Source of the DNA: Eledone cirrhosa
Taxonomy: Eukaryota
Length of the DNA: 64,000 bases
NCBI GenBank assembly: GCA_964016885.1
Contig: OZ024743.1
Span: 21,700,001-21,764,000 of the forward strand
Direction: 5' to 3'
Part shown: one piece after another, positions 39,013 to 50,751 of the stretch
Position numbering within the stretch: the stretch's first letter is position 1
Layout of the letters: each line of letters begins with the position of its first letter
Program-made: the position numbers and the translations under genes
The notes under the pieces: generated by a model
Seen by the model: only the letters and a program-made list of their open reading frames with translations
Told to the model about the DNA's origin: nothing
Databases searched by the model: none

Positions 39013-39226
39013 TTAACCCTTTAATGTTCAAACTGGGCATAACCGGCCAGAATTCTCTACCCTTTTTTGTTGAAACTGGCTGTAACTGGTCACTCATACT
39101 GATGTTAAGGTATTGTTCTCAAAATAAATACTTTCAAAATCTCATAGATTCAATATTATGTGAGATAAAGCGTTTACCATGAAAATATAATAGTAAATAT
39201 AGAGTAATGTGAATGTTAAAGAGTTA
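39013..39226 (+). mobile_element. TTAA-type MITE, family A, abutting the satellite's right end
   Basis: TTAA-CCCTTTAA...TTAAAGAG-TTAA; body matches 10404 and 13973 copies. Confidence 0.88.
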
Positions 39227-39289
39227 AGACATCAGATTAAAAATGACTCAGTATCTGTTCTAGCTCATTGTGCTCAGAGTTCATATCAT

Positions 39290-39546
39290 GCAGAAGCATG
39301 GAACAAACTCCCTGCATCAGTTGTTAGCTGTTGAGACAATGCATCCTTTAAAACTTCCATGCTTCCTGAGATTCGCCAACACTATACCTAATATTCCCCC
39401 TCCATACACATGCACACATGTATATCATGACTCATACACTATTCACTTCCCTGACATTTTTATATTATTCTATGTACTATACATGCACCTTTGATGAGTT
39501 GTAGTGCACCTGAGTACTGTACACAATAATTTCATTATTATTATTA
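39290..39546 (+). mobile_element. CR1-like LINE 3' fragment
   Basis: Matches 48250-48517; ends ACACAATAATTTC(ATT)n. Confidence 0.88.
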
Positions 39547-40047
39547 CCAAGGTCAATTTTGCCTTTCATGGTTTCAAAATTGATAAATAAAGTACAATTC
39601 TATTCATTACTTCCTCTTTGTTACTATCTCTTTCTTAGTCTAGAAGACATTGGCTATGCTACAACCTGGAGAAGGATGTTCTCTACCAAGCTTCAAATAC
39701 CCAAGCTACACTCTGCATTAGGATGGCACCCTTACGACTCCTTCAAGAGTTAAGTGCCCTTTACATCATCTACTATAGCTGACTAAAATAACAATCAGAC
39801 AATCATGGCTGGAACATATTTGCCCTTTTGCCTGTCTATGTCTGGTCTGTGCCCAGCTAATTTCAATTTTTCATCAATACTAGATTTATTGATAAAATAA
39901 GTACCAGTCATATAATGGTGATGAATTAATTGACTATACCCTTCCCTCTACAAGTCTATGGTATTGTGCAACAACATGGAATATCTTGGTTGCTGAAAAC
40001 TGTAGGTGGGAGAAGCATAATTCAATCCCTACCACATCTGGAATACG

Positions 40048-40079
<32 letters not shown>

Positions 40080-40611
40080 CACCATCCATATCACCACTAC
40101 TTTATAATGGAATATTAGAATCCACACAACACAAACAAATATCTTAGACTGCATGTTGAAAATGTTCACCCAACTTCTTAGCATGAAGTTATTTATTAAC
40201 ATCCCATAGCCTCTTTATTCTGATGGAAACTTGGCTGTTATTTCTAGCAGACAAAGTACCCATGTAATCTCTCATTTTTATGGCTCATGATGTATCTTAA
40301 GCATTGCGTATGAGGGTGATGCCAAGTCAATGAACTAAGTACCGATACGCTACAGGTAAATCTGCTTGATCAAAGATAAGTTGTGTCAAAACAACAATAC
40401 GATTTTTCACATACAATACTGTTATAAAATCAGAGCATCAGTCTTGAGAAGAACTTTCTGTCAATTAAAATTTTGCCCCCAATCTTTTGAATGGTTTTAC
40501 AGGGCACAACCCTGAAAGCAAAAGGGAAACAAAAATTGATTCAGTATATTTACACAAACACTCACATTATATATATATGTAGAAGTAGTTCCACAACAGT
40601 TAGCTCACCAT

Positions 40612-40654
40612 ACTGAAAACAATTGTTTCACCTTATTCAGATCATCAGCTCAGT
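40612..40654 (-). ncRNA. Minimal type I hammerhead motif
   Basis: Minus strand ACUGAG-CUGAUGA-UCUGAAUAAGGU-GAA-ACAAUUGU-U-UUCAGU. Helix I 6 bp (one GU), very short helix II, palindromic helix III. Confidence 0.6.
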
Positions 40655-40655
40655 C

Positions 40656-40699
40656 TTCCAAGCTGATGATCCAAATAAGGTGAAACAATTGTTCTCGAA
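40656..40699 (+). ncRNA. Minimal type I hammerhead motif, weaker helix I
   Basis: CAAG-CUGAUGA-UCCAAAUAAGGU-GAA-ACAAUUGU-U-CUCG. Confidence 0.45.
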
Positions 40700-40792
40700 A
40701 TGGTGAACTAACTGTTGTGGAACTATTTCTACCAAACTCGTCCCATGGACTGAGTGCTCTACTATTACGGATATAACTCACCAGTGTTCTAC

Positions 40793-40842
<50 letters not shown>

Positions 40843-40962
40843 TCGGTATTGCTGAGACAGAGGAGACCACCAATCCTGGGAGTATTCAATGCATTGGGAG
40901 ATGCAGAGTAGGTATAGAAATATGTAAAATCCTGACCACTTGGCACTGTTGTCTGGATTTTA

Positions 40963-40997
<35 letters not shown>

Positions 40998-41789
40998 CAC
41001 TTTTTCTGGTTTCAGTCAGACTGTGATTATACTAGAATACTACCTCAAATGGATATTATATCAACATCAGTATACTTATTTCTTCAAGCCAATCCAAGTT
41101 TTCTTTTTTAACAATTTTAGACAAATTAATGTAAGTGGACCATGGTGAAAAAAAATGGACATGTTTCAATCTTAGATCTCTTCAGTGAAGTACACTCACT
41201 TTGGCTAGACTAGAAAATGGTAAAATAAATTGGAAAGAGGAAAGAAACCATGCACTGATTATATGTGTAAATATAGAAGATTCTCGGTGCAGTTGTTCTG
41301 CTAGAGAATAGGTTGCAAGTGGTCAATAGCGTTATGGCCACCAGATATGATGGTTAGTTGCAATTTATGTAGGCTCATGCTGGATAAATAAGCATCCACT
41401 AACCAAACAGTGGTAAGCAACTAAGAGAGATGAAGAAATAGATGGCAATGTTAGCTCTCAAGTAAAATCCCACAACCCAATGATATTGTTACAAGGTGAA
41501 TCACAGCTGCCTCTTAAAAAGCTTAGTCTTTGTGGCTTTGAGTAAATTACAAAACATATAAGACCACCAAAACCTGCAGTATGGTCAGATACAATAAAAG
41601 CAATCAATCACATCATCTTTGACATGGGGTAACAAGAGATATGTGCTTGTTCAAAAACTATATTGTAGTCTCAATTTAACACCAAAAAACTGGTGATGGG
41701 CCTGCAACCTGACCTAAGAGGAAAGGGATGGATGCAGAAATATTTCATATTTCAAGACCCCAAAGAGGGTTCAGAAGAGTGCAAACATT

Positions 41790-42185
41790 AACAATTGACA
41801 ACTGGAATGTTACAACCCCTACAAGGAGCAGAAACAAGTGAATGAGGCCAGATGTTACCAGCTAGATATAGTAAGGGTTTCCTCAACAAAGATCTATGAC
41901 TCTGGTAACTTAGTTTTGGATGGAAGATGGAAACTCTACTATTAATGTGTGGTGCCAGAATGGAATGGACTGCACAGATGTGAGTGGGGACACTCAGAAG
42001 TCCTTGGCTGTCATGGAATGAATCCCAATTGGAGGTTGAGGGATTTGCCTAAATAAATGCCCTAGTATTTGTGTTTGAATAAATGGTGCTAAGCTGAACC
42101 CATTCAATATGGATGTCAGACTCAGCCAAGGGTAGATATTGTCACCTCTCCTCTTCATAATCATCATGAATATGATTGACATGGT
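41790..42185 (+). mobile_element. Internally deleted relic of the second RTE family (APE start joined to RT segment)
   Basis: NWNVTT..EARCYQLDIV.VSSTK..LDGRWKLYY, then sequence matching 17960-18085. Confidence 0.7.
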
Positions 42186-42589
42186 ATATATATAAAGCAG
42201 AGAGAGAGAGAGAGAGAGAGAGAGTCTTGTAGTCTGACTATAGTGTAGGGAAAAAAAAATCAATAAACTGAGTCTACACAAACACATGTATATGTGGCCT
42301 CTGTGCAAGTGTGGAGTTGACAGCATGTGTACATACATCATATATATGTGCATTGACATATATTGTTAGACTTGTGTGTCAACCAGATTAAATCATGTGT
42401 TTTATTTCAACTATTTTTTTACCTACTTACTCATAAGTAGTGTAAAATATGAAAATAAAATTAGATGTAAATATTAGGGGATAAATAATATCCTTGTCAC
42501 CTTGTAAGATTCTGGTTTAATTCTGCTAATATTGGTGGATTTAATATTCAGCTATTACAGAGAGCACTAAAAGATTTTGCATTGTAGAT

Positions 42590-42882
42590 ATGTTTATTTC
42601 ACATTTCTCCAGTTTACTCAGCTGTAGAAATGAGATGATAGGGACTGGGGTCCCTATCATTCCACTGCAAAGTGGTCGTGGAGGTGCCATGGCAAAAAGC
42701 ACCCAGCACTCATTGTAAATGAGGTTGGTGTTAGGGAGGGCATCCAGCTGTAGAAATCAAGCCAGAACCAGTTCCCGTATGAGCAAGGCATGGTCAGCCG
42801 ACTGGACACTGCCCACAACAGGACAACCCGTCTAACCCATGCTAGCATGGAAGAACGGACGTAAAACGATGATGATGATGAT
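42590..42882 (+). mobile_element. SINE body: CORE-like segment plus RTE-derived tail
   Basis: CTCCAGTTTACTCAGCTGTAGAAATG, hairpin ATGATAGGGAC/GTCCCTATCAT, GGTTGGTGTTAGG.AGGGCATCCAGC, (TGA)n; tail repeated at 44438-44535. Confidence 0.8.
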
Positions 42883-45800
42883 ATATAAAGGGTATTATCA
42901 TAGAAGAACACCCCCATTGATTACAAAGAAAACTCCAGGAGGGCGGCTTGTCTGAGGGACCCTTCTTCCCCCTCCATTTCCGGGGGGGGGGGGCGGAAAG
43001 GCCTTTGTGACATGTTCAGTGGTAAGATTAATTGCTGGCACACGTAATTAAAAAAATAAGCATAGGGAAAAAAGAGTAAAACTCAGAGAGAGCGGGGAAA
43101 AGTCAGATGGTCCCCTTCTCTCCCCTCCATTTTTCGCAGGAAACATCCTTTGAAGAAAACCCAGAGCTAAGTTTAATTGACAGTACAGGAAAAAAAATGA
43201 GGAAAAATAATTATTTCTGACTGAAATCGTTTGGGAGTTTGTTCTATAAATTTACCATTAAAAAGTTCCTTATCGCAAAAGAGTGCCCACCAATAATGTT
43301 CAGAAGTAACCGAACTTGGAAATGGGGAACAATGCCTAACAGCGGGTCTTTTTTTTTGTATGCTCTGCAAGTAAATTAGATTAAATATATACAATTCTTT
43401 TATAAGTTGTCATCAGAAACATACAAAATTGTGGTTTAATCTGTATTTCGTTTTAATGCTACAACGACAACAGAACAGAGTGAATAAATATATTTTCTCA
43501 GCAGTTGCAACAGTGACTGCTGATATTGCAGCTGTTGCTATTAATGCTGCTACTGTTGCTGTCAGTGTTCTTCAAAAGAATTGAGTAGACATGCATCCTC
43601 TGACACACATAATATAATGTATACCATATAAACTATTGCTTTTCAAACTAGGAAAGAAACTTCCTCCCCATGTTTTCCTATTATTCTCTGTTCTAGGATG
43701 CTGTCCTGTCATCTTTGGGAAAGAGATATAACCGAAAGTAGTGTTTATTTTTTGTTCGTTTTCTTTTAGTTTGTTTTTTTCAGTAGAGAAGTTGTACTGA
43801 ATTTGAGACTCAACTTAAACTAACTACATGGGAGTCTGCTGTTGTAGTCAGCTGCTATGACAAGATAAGAACATAAAGTAAATAATGTAATGAAAAAGAC
43901 ATAAAAATAAAATAGACATTAAAAACACTTTCTCAACTAAGTTTAACACGCATGAGATTAGATAGACCTGACAATACTCTCCTATTAATGTAGCTGTTAT
44001 AGTTAAACTTGTTGTGAATATCTCATTGTTATTCATGATGTACTAGTTACTCGAACGTAGATATACAGATTGATAATTAAATTTCATCAATTGCTGAGAC
44101 TACCGTCAGATCAGATCGGATGGTACTGATACCACACTGTCAACGCTTTTTTTTTTTTACCTATTTACTATATTTAGTTAACATCAACAGCAGCTTCCAC
44201 GTCAACAATGAGAAGCAACAGTCACCACTCTCAGACCAATATTTTATTCAGTTACCCTTTACCTTAATCAAATGAACAAATTTTATTAAGTCAAAATTAC
44301 AGATCCAGTTGTATGATATATTATACTCGATATTTTACATTGTCCTACTTGTCTTACTGGTAATCGGGTAATATACAATATTACCCTTATCTTATTTATA
44401 TTATTATATATAAATATTATTATTATATATATATTTGATGGTCAGCCGACCGGTTACTGCCCACAACAGGACAACTCGTCTAACCCATGCTAGCGTGGGA
44501 GAATGGACGTAAAACGGTGATGATGATGATGATGATATATATATATATATATATATATAGTCAAAATAGGAGGTGCACAATGGAACATCAAAACCGTAGT
44601 GATTTCCAGAGGTGACCGGTTGGCTCTGTTAAGTCCATTATTGACAACCTTCAACATTATTCCAGCTCTATCACTCTTTGATTATCTTGTCTAAGTCAGA
44701 ATTTATAAATCTGAATATACAACATTCAGTTCATTCTGATTGGGGTACATCTTATTCCAAAGGATGATGTCTACATTCTTAGCTTTCCAAATTTTTCAAA
44801 GCTATACAAGTGTTCCTGAAAAACTGCTTCACTACCCCCAAACTTTATTTTTCACTACAAAGTGAGCCATGGTGGTAAACTTTATGCCACCATTCATTTG
44901 TGGTAAACTCATCTAATGTCAGTTTCTACAATGCCAGCTGGTAACAGGTTCAGTGGCATTGGCTTTCACTAAACATATAATCTAGCATTGCTGGCCTTCC
45001 TGTCATTTATCATTTGCAGTTGTGCCCTCAACTGTAAGATCCTTCATAAAACATGAAAACCTAATATGGACAGGAAAGTTTAGCCATCTTTGGCAGCTGG
45101 GGTTGATTACAGCCTCACTGACTCCAAGGATCAAGTTTTTTTTCCTAGATCAACACTGTCTTGCTTGCTTCCAGTCTGGGTCACAGAACAGTCTATGGCT
45201 CAATTCACTACTTTCTTCATAAACCAGTCACCTTCTTAGCACATGTCCCCACATTGGAGTAGTCCTAGATCTTGGCCTATATTAATCATATCATTGTTGA
45301 GTTGATTTTTCATGAAGCTTGTTTTTCAATTACACCACTACTTTGAAATTCAACTTAGCATATAATAGATTGAGGAGTGTTGTTTCCATATATGGAGATA
45401 AACAAGAAAGACAGCCTGAAAATTTCTTCCATAATCAGCAGATTTAATCATAAGACAGTGTGAACATGACAGTACCATGAGAAAAGATAACATGAATATA
45501 CTGCGATAAAGTTGGTATTCAAAATAAACAACATTTAATTCGAATATTGTAAGAGTACACGTGTTTTCAATGTTTAAGTGTTGGAAGAGAGATTGTTAAT
45601 TATTTAATATTACAATGTGACAGAAATTGTTCACTGTTTAGAATTTCAACAGTATGAAATTTGTTTATATTGATACAGTAAAATATTTTGTTTACCTCAT
45701 GGGAAATAGTTTGTTTTTACATTTAATAAAACAAAATCATAATTTGGAATACGTGTTAAGCAGCATGAAGAAAAATAATACATATTTACGGTTCAGGATG

Positions 45801-46516
45801 AAAAAAAATAAAAACATCCATGTAATACAGAAGTTAGAGACTTGTTCGTATGGTAGTAACAATGGTTTATGAAGATGTTAAATTTGAGGTAACTAAAGTG
45901 GGCACTAAGTAATGTATCAAATTTGCGAAGTTGTGATGATTAAAGACAACGATCTTACAGGGCAAGTATTTAATTTTTCTTGAGTTGAGATGCCTGTTTC
46001 AAAGACAGGCAAATTTTTGTGCGACAGAAGCTGGTCTGCCATATGAGGCAGATTCATGAGGCAAGAGCTAGTATGCAATCATCATCATCATCATAATTTA
46101 ATGTCTGTTTTCCCTGCTAGTATAAGTTGGATGGGTCATCACAGACCTAATCAGTCCTGAAGCAGAGCTACTGAGGTTTCAGATGGGCCAAGTAGGGGCT
46201 GGAGGCAGAGAGGTGCTGCATATAGTTTCTATTGAGTGTTCAAATGAGCCAGGGGTCTACCTCCATAAGTTGGATGAGCAGAGGGGCTTTGTAAAAAAGC
46301 AACAAGTGTGTTATTAATATTTAGGTGAGAATTTGGACTATAGTTAAGTAATTTTAGTACAAAGTAATCTAACTAATAAGATTAGTTAACTGAGGTGCAC
46401 TGGTTAACACAAATAAAATGATTGTGGATCATAATAAAAAGTATTTTCATGAGTGTGTGGGTACATTTATCTGTGTATATGTCAAGAAAAACAGATGTCT
46501 AGTTGGATCTTAATTC

Positions 46517-47000
46517 TCTATATAACCCTGCCCCCTCCAGATAAATCAGTTATGATTAATTAATCAAGAGATAGTTTGAAGCTGAAGATGTATATGGTGA
46601 ATGCAAAAGCAAGAAAATTCAATAATCCTGTACTTGTGCATAGCCTGCTGACCAATGCACATGCCTTCCTGATCTTGTTTTGACCATCAGTGAAGGGACC
46701 GGATCACTGGTAGTAGGGTGAGTTGACCGTGTTGAACTGGTTTGACGAGATATTATAGACGTTTGACCGCTTTCCAACAAGGACTGCTTTAGTCTATCTA
46801 TACTGATAGATTTTGTTATGTTTACATCATCAATACTTGAGTATAGTTAGAAGTATTTTAACTGAACAAGAATATGAAGATTGAAGTGGCTTTTTAATAA
46901 CATATGACCATTGCTGAATGTCACTTGGCACATGAGTGAGAATAATCTATTAACAGAATGCAGGTAGTATATGGTACACTAGACATTTAGATTTGCAGTC
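46517..47000 (-). mobile_element. Gypsy LTR-retrotransposon integrase C-terminus relic with polypurine tract
   Basis: Minus-strand fragments THVPSDIQQWSYV, IKKPLQSSY, ISIDRLK, TRSGRHVHW; then GGAGGGGGCAGGG at ~46527-46539. Confidence 0.65.
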
Positions 47001-47059
47001 GATGTATATAGTTTGGGATATGTGCAATCATTTAACCAGTTAATGTCACTGTATTATCA

Positions 47060-47325
47060 TTCTCAGACCGGGCATTGCAAGACACTTTATTTCACATTGC
47101 TCCAGTTTACTCAGCTGTAGAAATGAGTTGCGATGTCACCAGTGCCAAGCTGTATCAGCCTTTGCTTTTCCCTTGGACAACATCGGTGCCATGGAGAGGA
47201 GAGACTGGTATGCATGGGTGACTGCTGGTATTCTACAAACAACCTAGCCCAGATTTGTGCCTTAGAGGGGAACTTTCTAGATGAAAATCCCATGGTCTTT
47301 TGTGACCAAAGGGGATCTTTACCCT
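47060..47325 (+). mobile_element. SINE with CORE-like segment and a different 3' domain
   Basis: GCAAGACACTTTATTTCACATTGCTCCAGTTTACTCAGCTGTAGAAATGAG shared with the 5159 and 42590 elements. Confidence 0.6.
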
Positions 47326-47460
47326 ATTGTCATAAATAAGTTCAACTGGTATAAAACCAATTCTGTTCTTGGTGGTGGAGGAAATACCAAGAACAAGAGT
47401 TTGATATTCTAGATAGTTACAGCTTTTGGTATGTGTTATGAGCTGATTTCAGCTGTCAAT

Positions 47461-48517
47461 AGGATCTTGGTCCCCTTTTGTTTGTGGCATATATTAATGA
47501 CATAGATGCCAACTTAAAGAATGCCACGGTACTGAAATATGCATATGACATCAAGCTGTACCTTGAAATCAAAAGGACTGATCCTGAAATCTACAACTCT
47601 TTCCTACAAACAGACCTGGACACAATGCAGCAATGGATCACAGACTGGCAACTGAAGCTGGCTGTGGACAAATGTACCACCATGCATTTTGGGAGGAAAA
47701 ATCCAGCGTCTACATACTCGCTCCACAACACTGATATCAAGAAGTCCTCTTGTGAACGTGATCTGGGCATTACTGTCAGTAGCGATTTGTGTTGGACAAA
47801 GCATGCCTCTAAAATTGTCAAGAAGGCCGAGGGTGTCTTGGTATCACTCAGCAAGACCTTTGTTAGCCGCTCTCCAGCCATCTATTTAAAGCTGTATACA
47901 GCTATGGTACGACCACACTTGGAATTCGCATCATCAGTCTGGAACCCCTATCTTGCTCAGAACATTGACCTCCTGGAAACTGTTCAGAGACGTGCAACCA
48001 AGCGCATACCCTCCATCAGACACCTACCATACTCTGAACGCCTTGCTTCCCTAGGCATGGATTCATTGAAGCTCCGATGTCTGGCAATGGACTTGATAAA
48101 CACCCACAAAGTTATTAACCATCTCGCCAATAACAACCGTGAGCACCTTTTTGATCTCAATGTGTCTAACGCACGTGGACATCCCTACAAAATCAGAAAA
48201 CAGCACAGCTCCCATGACTTTCGGAAACATTTTTTCACGTTCAGAGTTGCTGAAGCATGGAACAAACTGTATCAGTTGTTAGCTGCCGAGACACTGCATC
48301 CTTTAAAACCCTCATGCTTCCCGAAATTCGTCAAAACTACACCTGAGATACCCCTTCCATACACATGCACACATGTGTATATCATGACTCATGCACTGTT
48401 CATTTTCCTGACGTTTGTACATTACCCTATGTACTATACATACACTTTTTGATGAGTTGTAGTGCACCTGAGCACTGTACACAATATTTCATTATTATTA
48501 TTATTATTATTATTATT
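47461..48517 (+). mobile_element. CR1-like LINE, 5'-truncated, (ATT)n tail
   Basis: LGPLLFVAYINDI, YAYD (mutated YADD), ERDLGI, LYTAMVRPHLEF, LETVQRRATK, FFTFRVAEAWN; small deletion near 48268 relative to the other copies shifts the frame. Confidence 0.92.
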
Positions 48518-48707
48518 GTTGGTGAATCCACGCTTCTTATCTCCTCCAGTTTTTTTCAACGTTTTACCTCTTTTTCAACGGTTCTAAACCTTTTATTCAA
48601 GTTTTAATTTGATAAAAGTTTAGAAGTGACCCACCTAATACAGGGGTTCACTAGTAAATAATACGGCACCCCTTTACGGCGTGTCGTATTCGTATTTGTG
48701 TAAACAA

Positions 48708-48738
<31 letters not shown>

Positions 48739-48742
48739 CAAC

Positions 48743-50266
48743 ATGGATAACACAAGAAAGAGAGAGAGCGCTGTCAGACAACACAGAGAAAGGGAGACTT
48801 TATCAGCATGTCAACAAGACAGCGTTCCAGCGGAGGTAAATATAAACGAAAATATTACAAAGGAAAAGAAGATTGTTACAGATTTAAAATTAATAAATAT
48901 TTCTAACACAAACAACACCAACAACAACACCTACAACAACACCATCAATAACAACAGCAACAACAAAAATAACAGCAGTAAAGTCGAGAACGACAATAAC
49001 AAAAATAACAGCGGTAAGGTCGAGAACGACAATAACAACAGCCACAACAACAATAATAGTAGGAACAGTATCAACAAAAACAACAATAATAACAACATCC
49101 ACAATAACAGTAACAGCAACAGTATCAACGAAAACAACAACAACACCAACAACTGTACCAGCGAAAACAACAACAATGACATCGATACCTGTAATAGCGA
49201 CCTCAGTAAGACCAGTAGCGGCAGCAATAGTGGTGCTGCTGAAAAAGGGACCACTTCTTTTGCAGGTGTCGCCCGAAATATCGAGACAGTGTTAGTCACA
49301 GAGGAGGAGATGGCAGTCGCAAGGGCCATGGTGACAAGAAGCGCAAATAGAATCTCCCTGAAACTTCCACCCGATTTTTTCAAGGACCAGCAGCTACGGA
49401 CGGTGACTTACCCCACCGTAAGCAAAAGCGAGTGGAGAGAGCCACGGAGGCTCAAATCCCAAAGGCCTTGGGGTGCGTCTGGGCACGCAAAACCCACATC
49501 ACCCGAGGCAGAAAGCCACAGTAGACGTACTTTTTGCCACCCCCAGGAAGCAAAGTCTCACTCTTTGGAAACCCTAAAGAGTGAGGAGATAGTCTTGGTG
49601 CCCTCCTACTGCGGGCAGAAAATTGTGAGGGTCAAAGTGACCCAGGTCCCACCGGACGTGCCCATACCTTGGCTGGCCGCGTCTGTCCTTGCTGGAATCG
49701 AGAACAGGGCGACCATGCTGCAAGTAGAAAAAATAGGGAGAGAGAACTGGTCTGGTATAGGCATGCAAATGCTTATACAAACTGACCAGGAATGTATCGA
49801 GGCTATCCCCAATATCATAGACATCGAGGAAGGACTCCAACTCCCTATAAGTGTAGAAGGAAGACGGCCAAAATGTTATCTCTGTAGGTCGAATGGTCAC
49901 CTCAGGGCCTTTTGCCCGCAGAAGACAGCGAAGAAGGCCCCTCTCCTTCCAATACCTGGTCCGCTGCTACCAAGAGCAAGGCAGGCAACAAACGAAGAAG
50001 CCCCTTCCACAGTGAGCAGGAGGGCAACGTCCATAGCACCCATACCAAGGCCATGGACAACTAAAGCAGCATCATCAGTAGCGGCAACAACAATAGCTAC
50101 ATTTGAAGTAGCTACACCAGCAACAAAATTGCCGAAGAGGGCTCCACTACCACCACCAACAGCCGTGGAGCACATACCCCTCCCAGACGCCACAGAATCC
50201 AACATGGAGTTTGAGGCGTTAGTGAAGTGGCAAACGGTCTGCCACAAAAAAGAAAAAAACCCTTAG
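48743..50266 (+). CDS. ORF1 (gag-like) with Asn-rich tract, CX2CX4HX4C knuckle and Pro/Thr-rich tail
   Basis: CYLCRSNGHLRAFC; SFAGVA; probably continues by frameshift to ~50719. Confidence 0.8.
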   Translation: MDNTRKRESAVRQHRERETLSACQQDSVPAEVNINENITKEKKIVTDLKLINISNTNNTNNNTYNNTINNNSNNKNNSSKVENDNNKNNSGKVENDNNNSHNNNNSRNSINKNNNNNNIHNNSNSNSINENNNNTNNCTSENNNNDIDTCNSDLSKTSSGSNSGAAEKGTTSFAGVARNIETVLVTEEEMAVARAMVTRSANRISLKLPPDFFKDQQLRTVTYPTVSKSEWREPRRLKSQRPWGASGHAKPTSPEAESHSRRTFCHPQEAKSHSLETLKSEEIVLVPSYCGQKIVRVKVTQVPPDVPIPWLAASVLAGIENRATMLQVEKIGRENWSGIGMQMLIQTDQECIEAIPNIIDIEEGLQLPISVEGRRPKCYLCRSNGHLRAFCPQKTAKKAPLLPIPGPLLPRARQATNEEAPSTVSRRATSIAPIPRPWTTKAASSVAATTIATFEVATPATKLPKRAPLPPPTAVEHIPLPDATESNMEFEALVKWQTVCHKKEKNP

Positions 50267-50751
50267 ATTCACCCTCCAAAAGCGAAGGTATACAAAGAGG
50301 GGTAAAGGCAGCAAGGAAACTTGCAGCAACACCACCACCATCACCACCACAAACACCAATAACGCAAACACAACAAGACACACACACCAAACAGCAACAA
50401 AATCACCCCTCCCCCCAAAAAGTACACAGCCATAAACATGGCAAAAAAAGAACTCATACAATATATAAAGCAGCACACAGACATCACAGAAAAAAACTAC
50501 TACACCCCACCAACACCAAGAACTCTCCCGACAAACATAAGCATCATCGAAATCTCAATAGAACAGTACAAACCTTTAAAACAAAAATTCCCCAATGCAG
50601 TTGGAGACTTCAGAGGGACGGTTACCAAGAGGATATACACTGACATCCTCTTGGAAACACCCATGACCAGCGAAAGGGACGGTTCTACTGTCCCTTCACC
50701 ACATGAACAAGGTAAGTGACCCTTTCTCACTTGCCCTGTTTCTCATCCAAC

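Larger units (their letters stand above)
40579..40795. mobile_element. (TA)n-embedded fold-back element with two opposed minimal hammerheads
   Basis: ~72-bp inverted arms 40579-40650 and 40661-40732; each contains CTGATGA..GAAACAATTGTT. Confidence 0.7.

Noticed and set aside
43495-43596. 32-codon minus-strand ORF MHVYSILLKNTDSNSSS..
   Set aside because: Too short and low-complexity to support as a gene.
46691-46717. 27-nt plus-strand microexon (branch point, CAG acceptor, GTGAGT donor)
   Set aside because: Lies antisense within a Gypsy integrase relic that already explains the sequence; would need spliced reads to revive.
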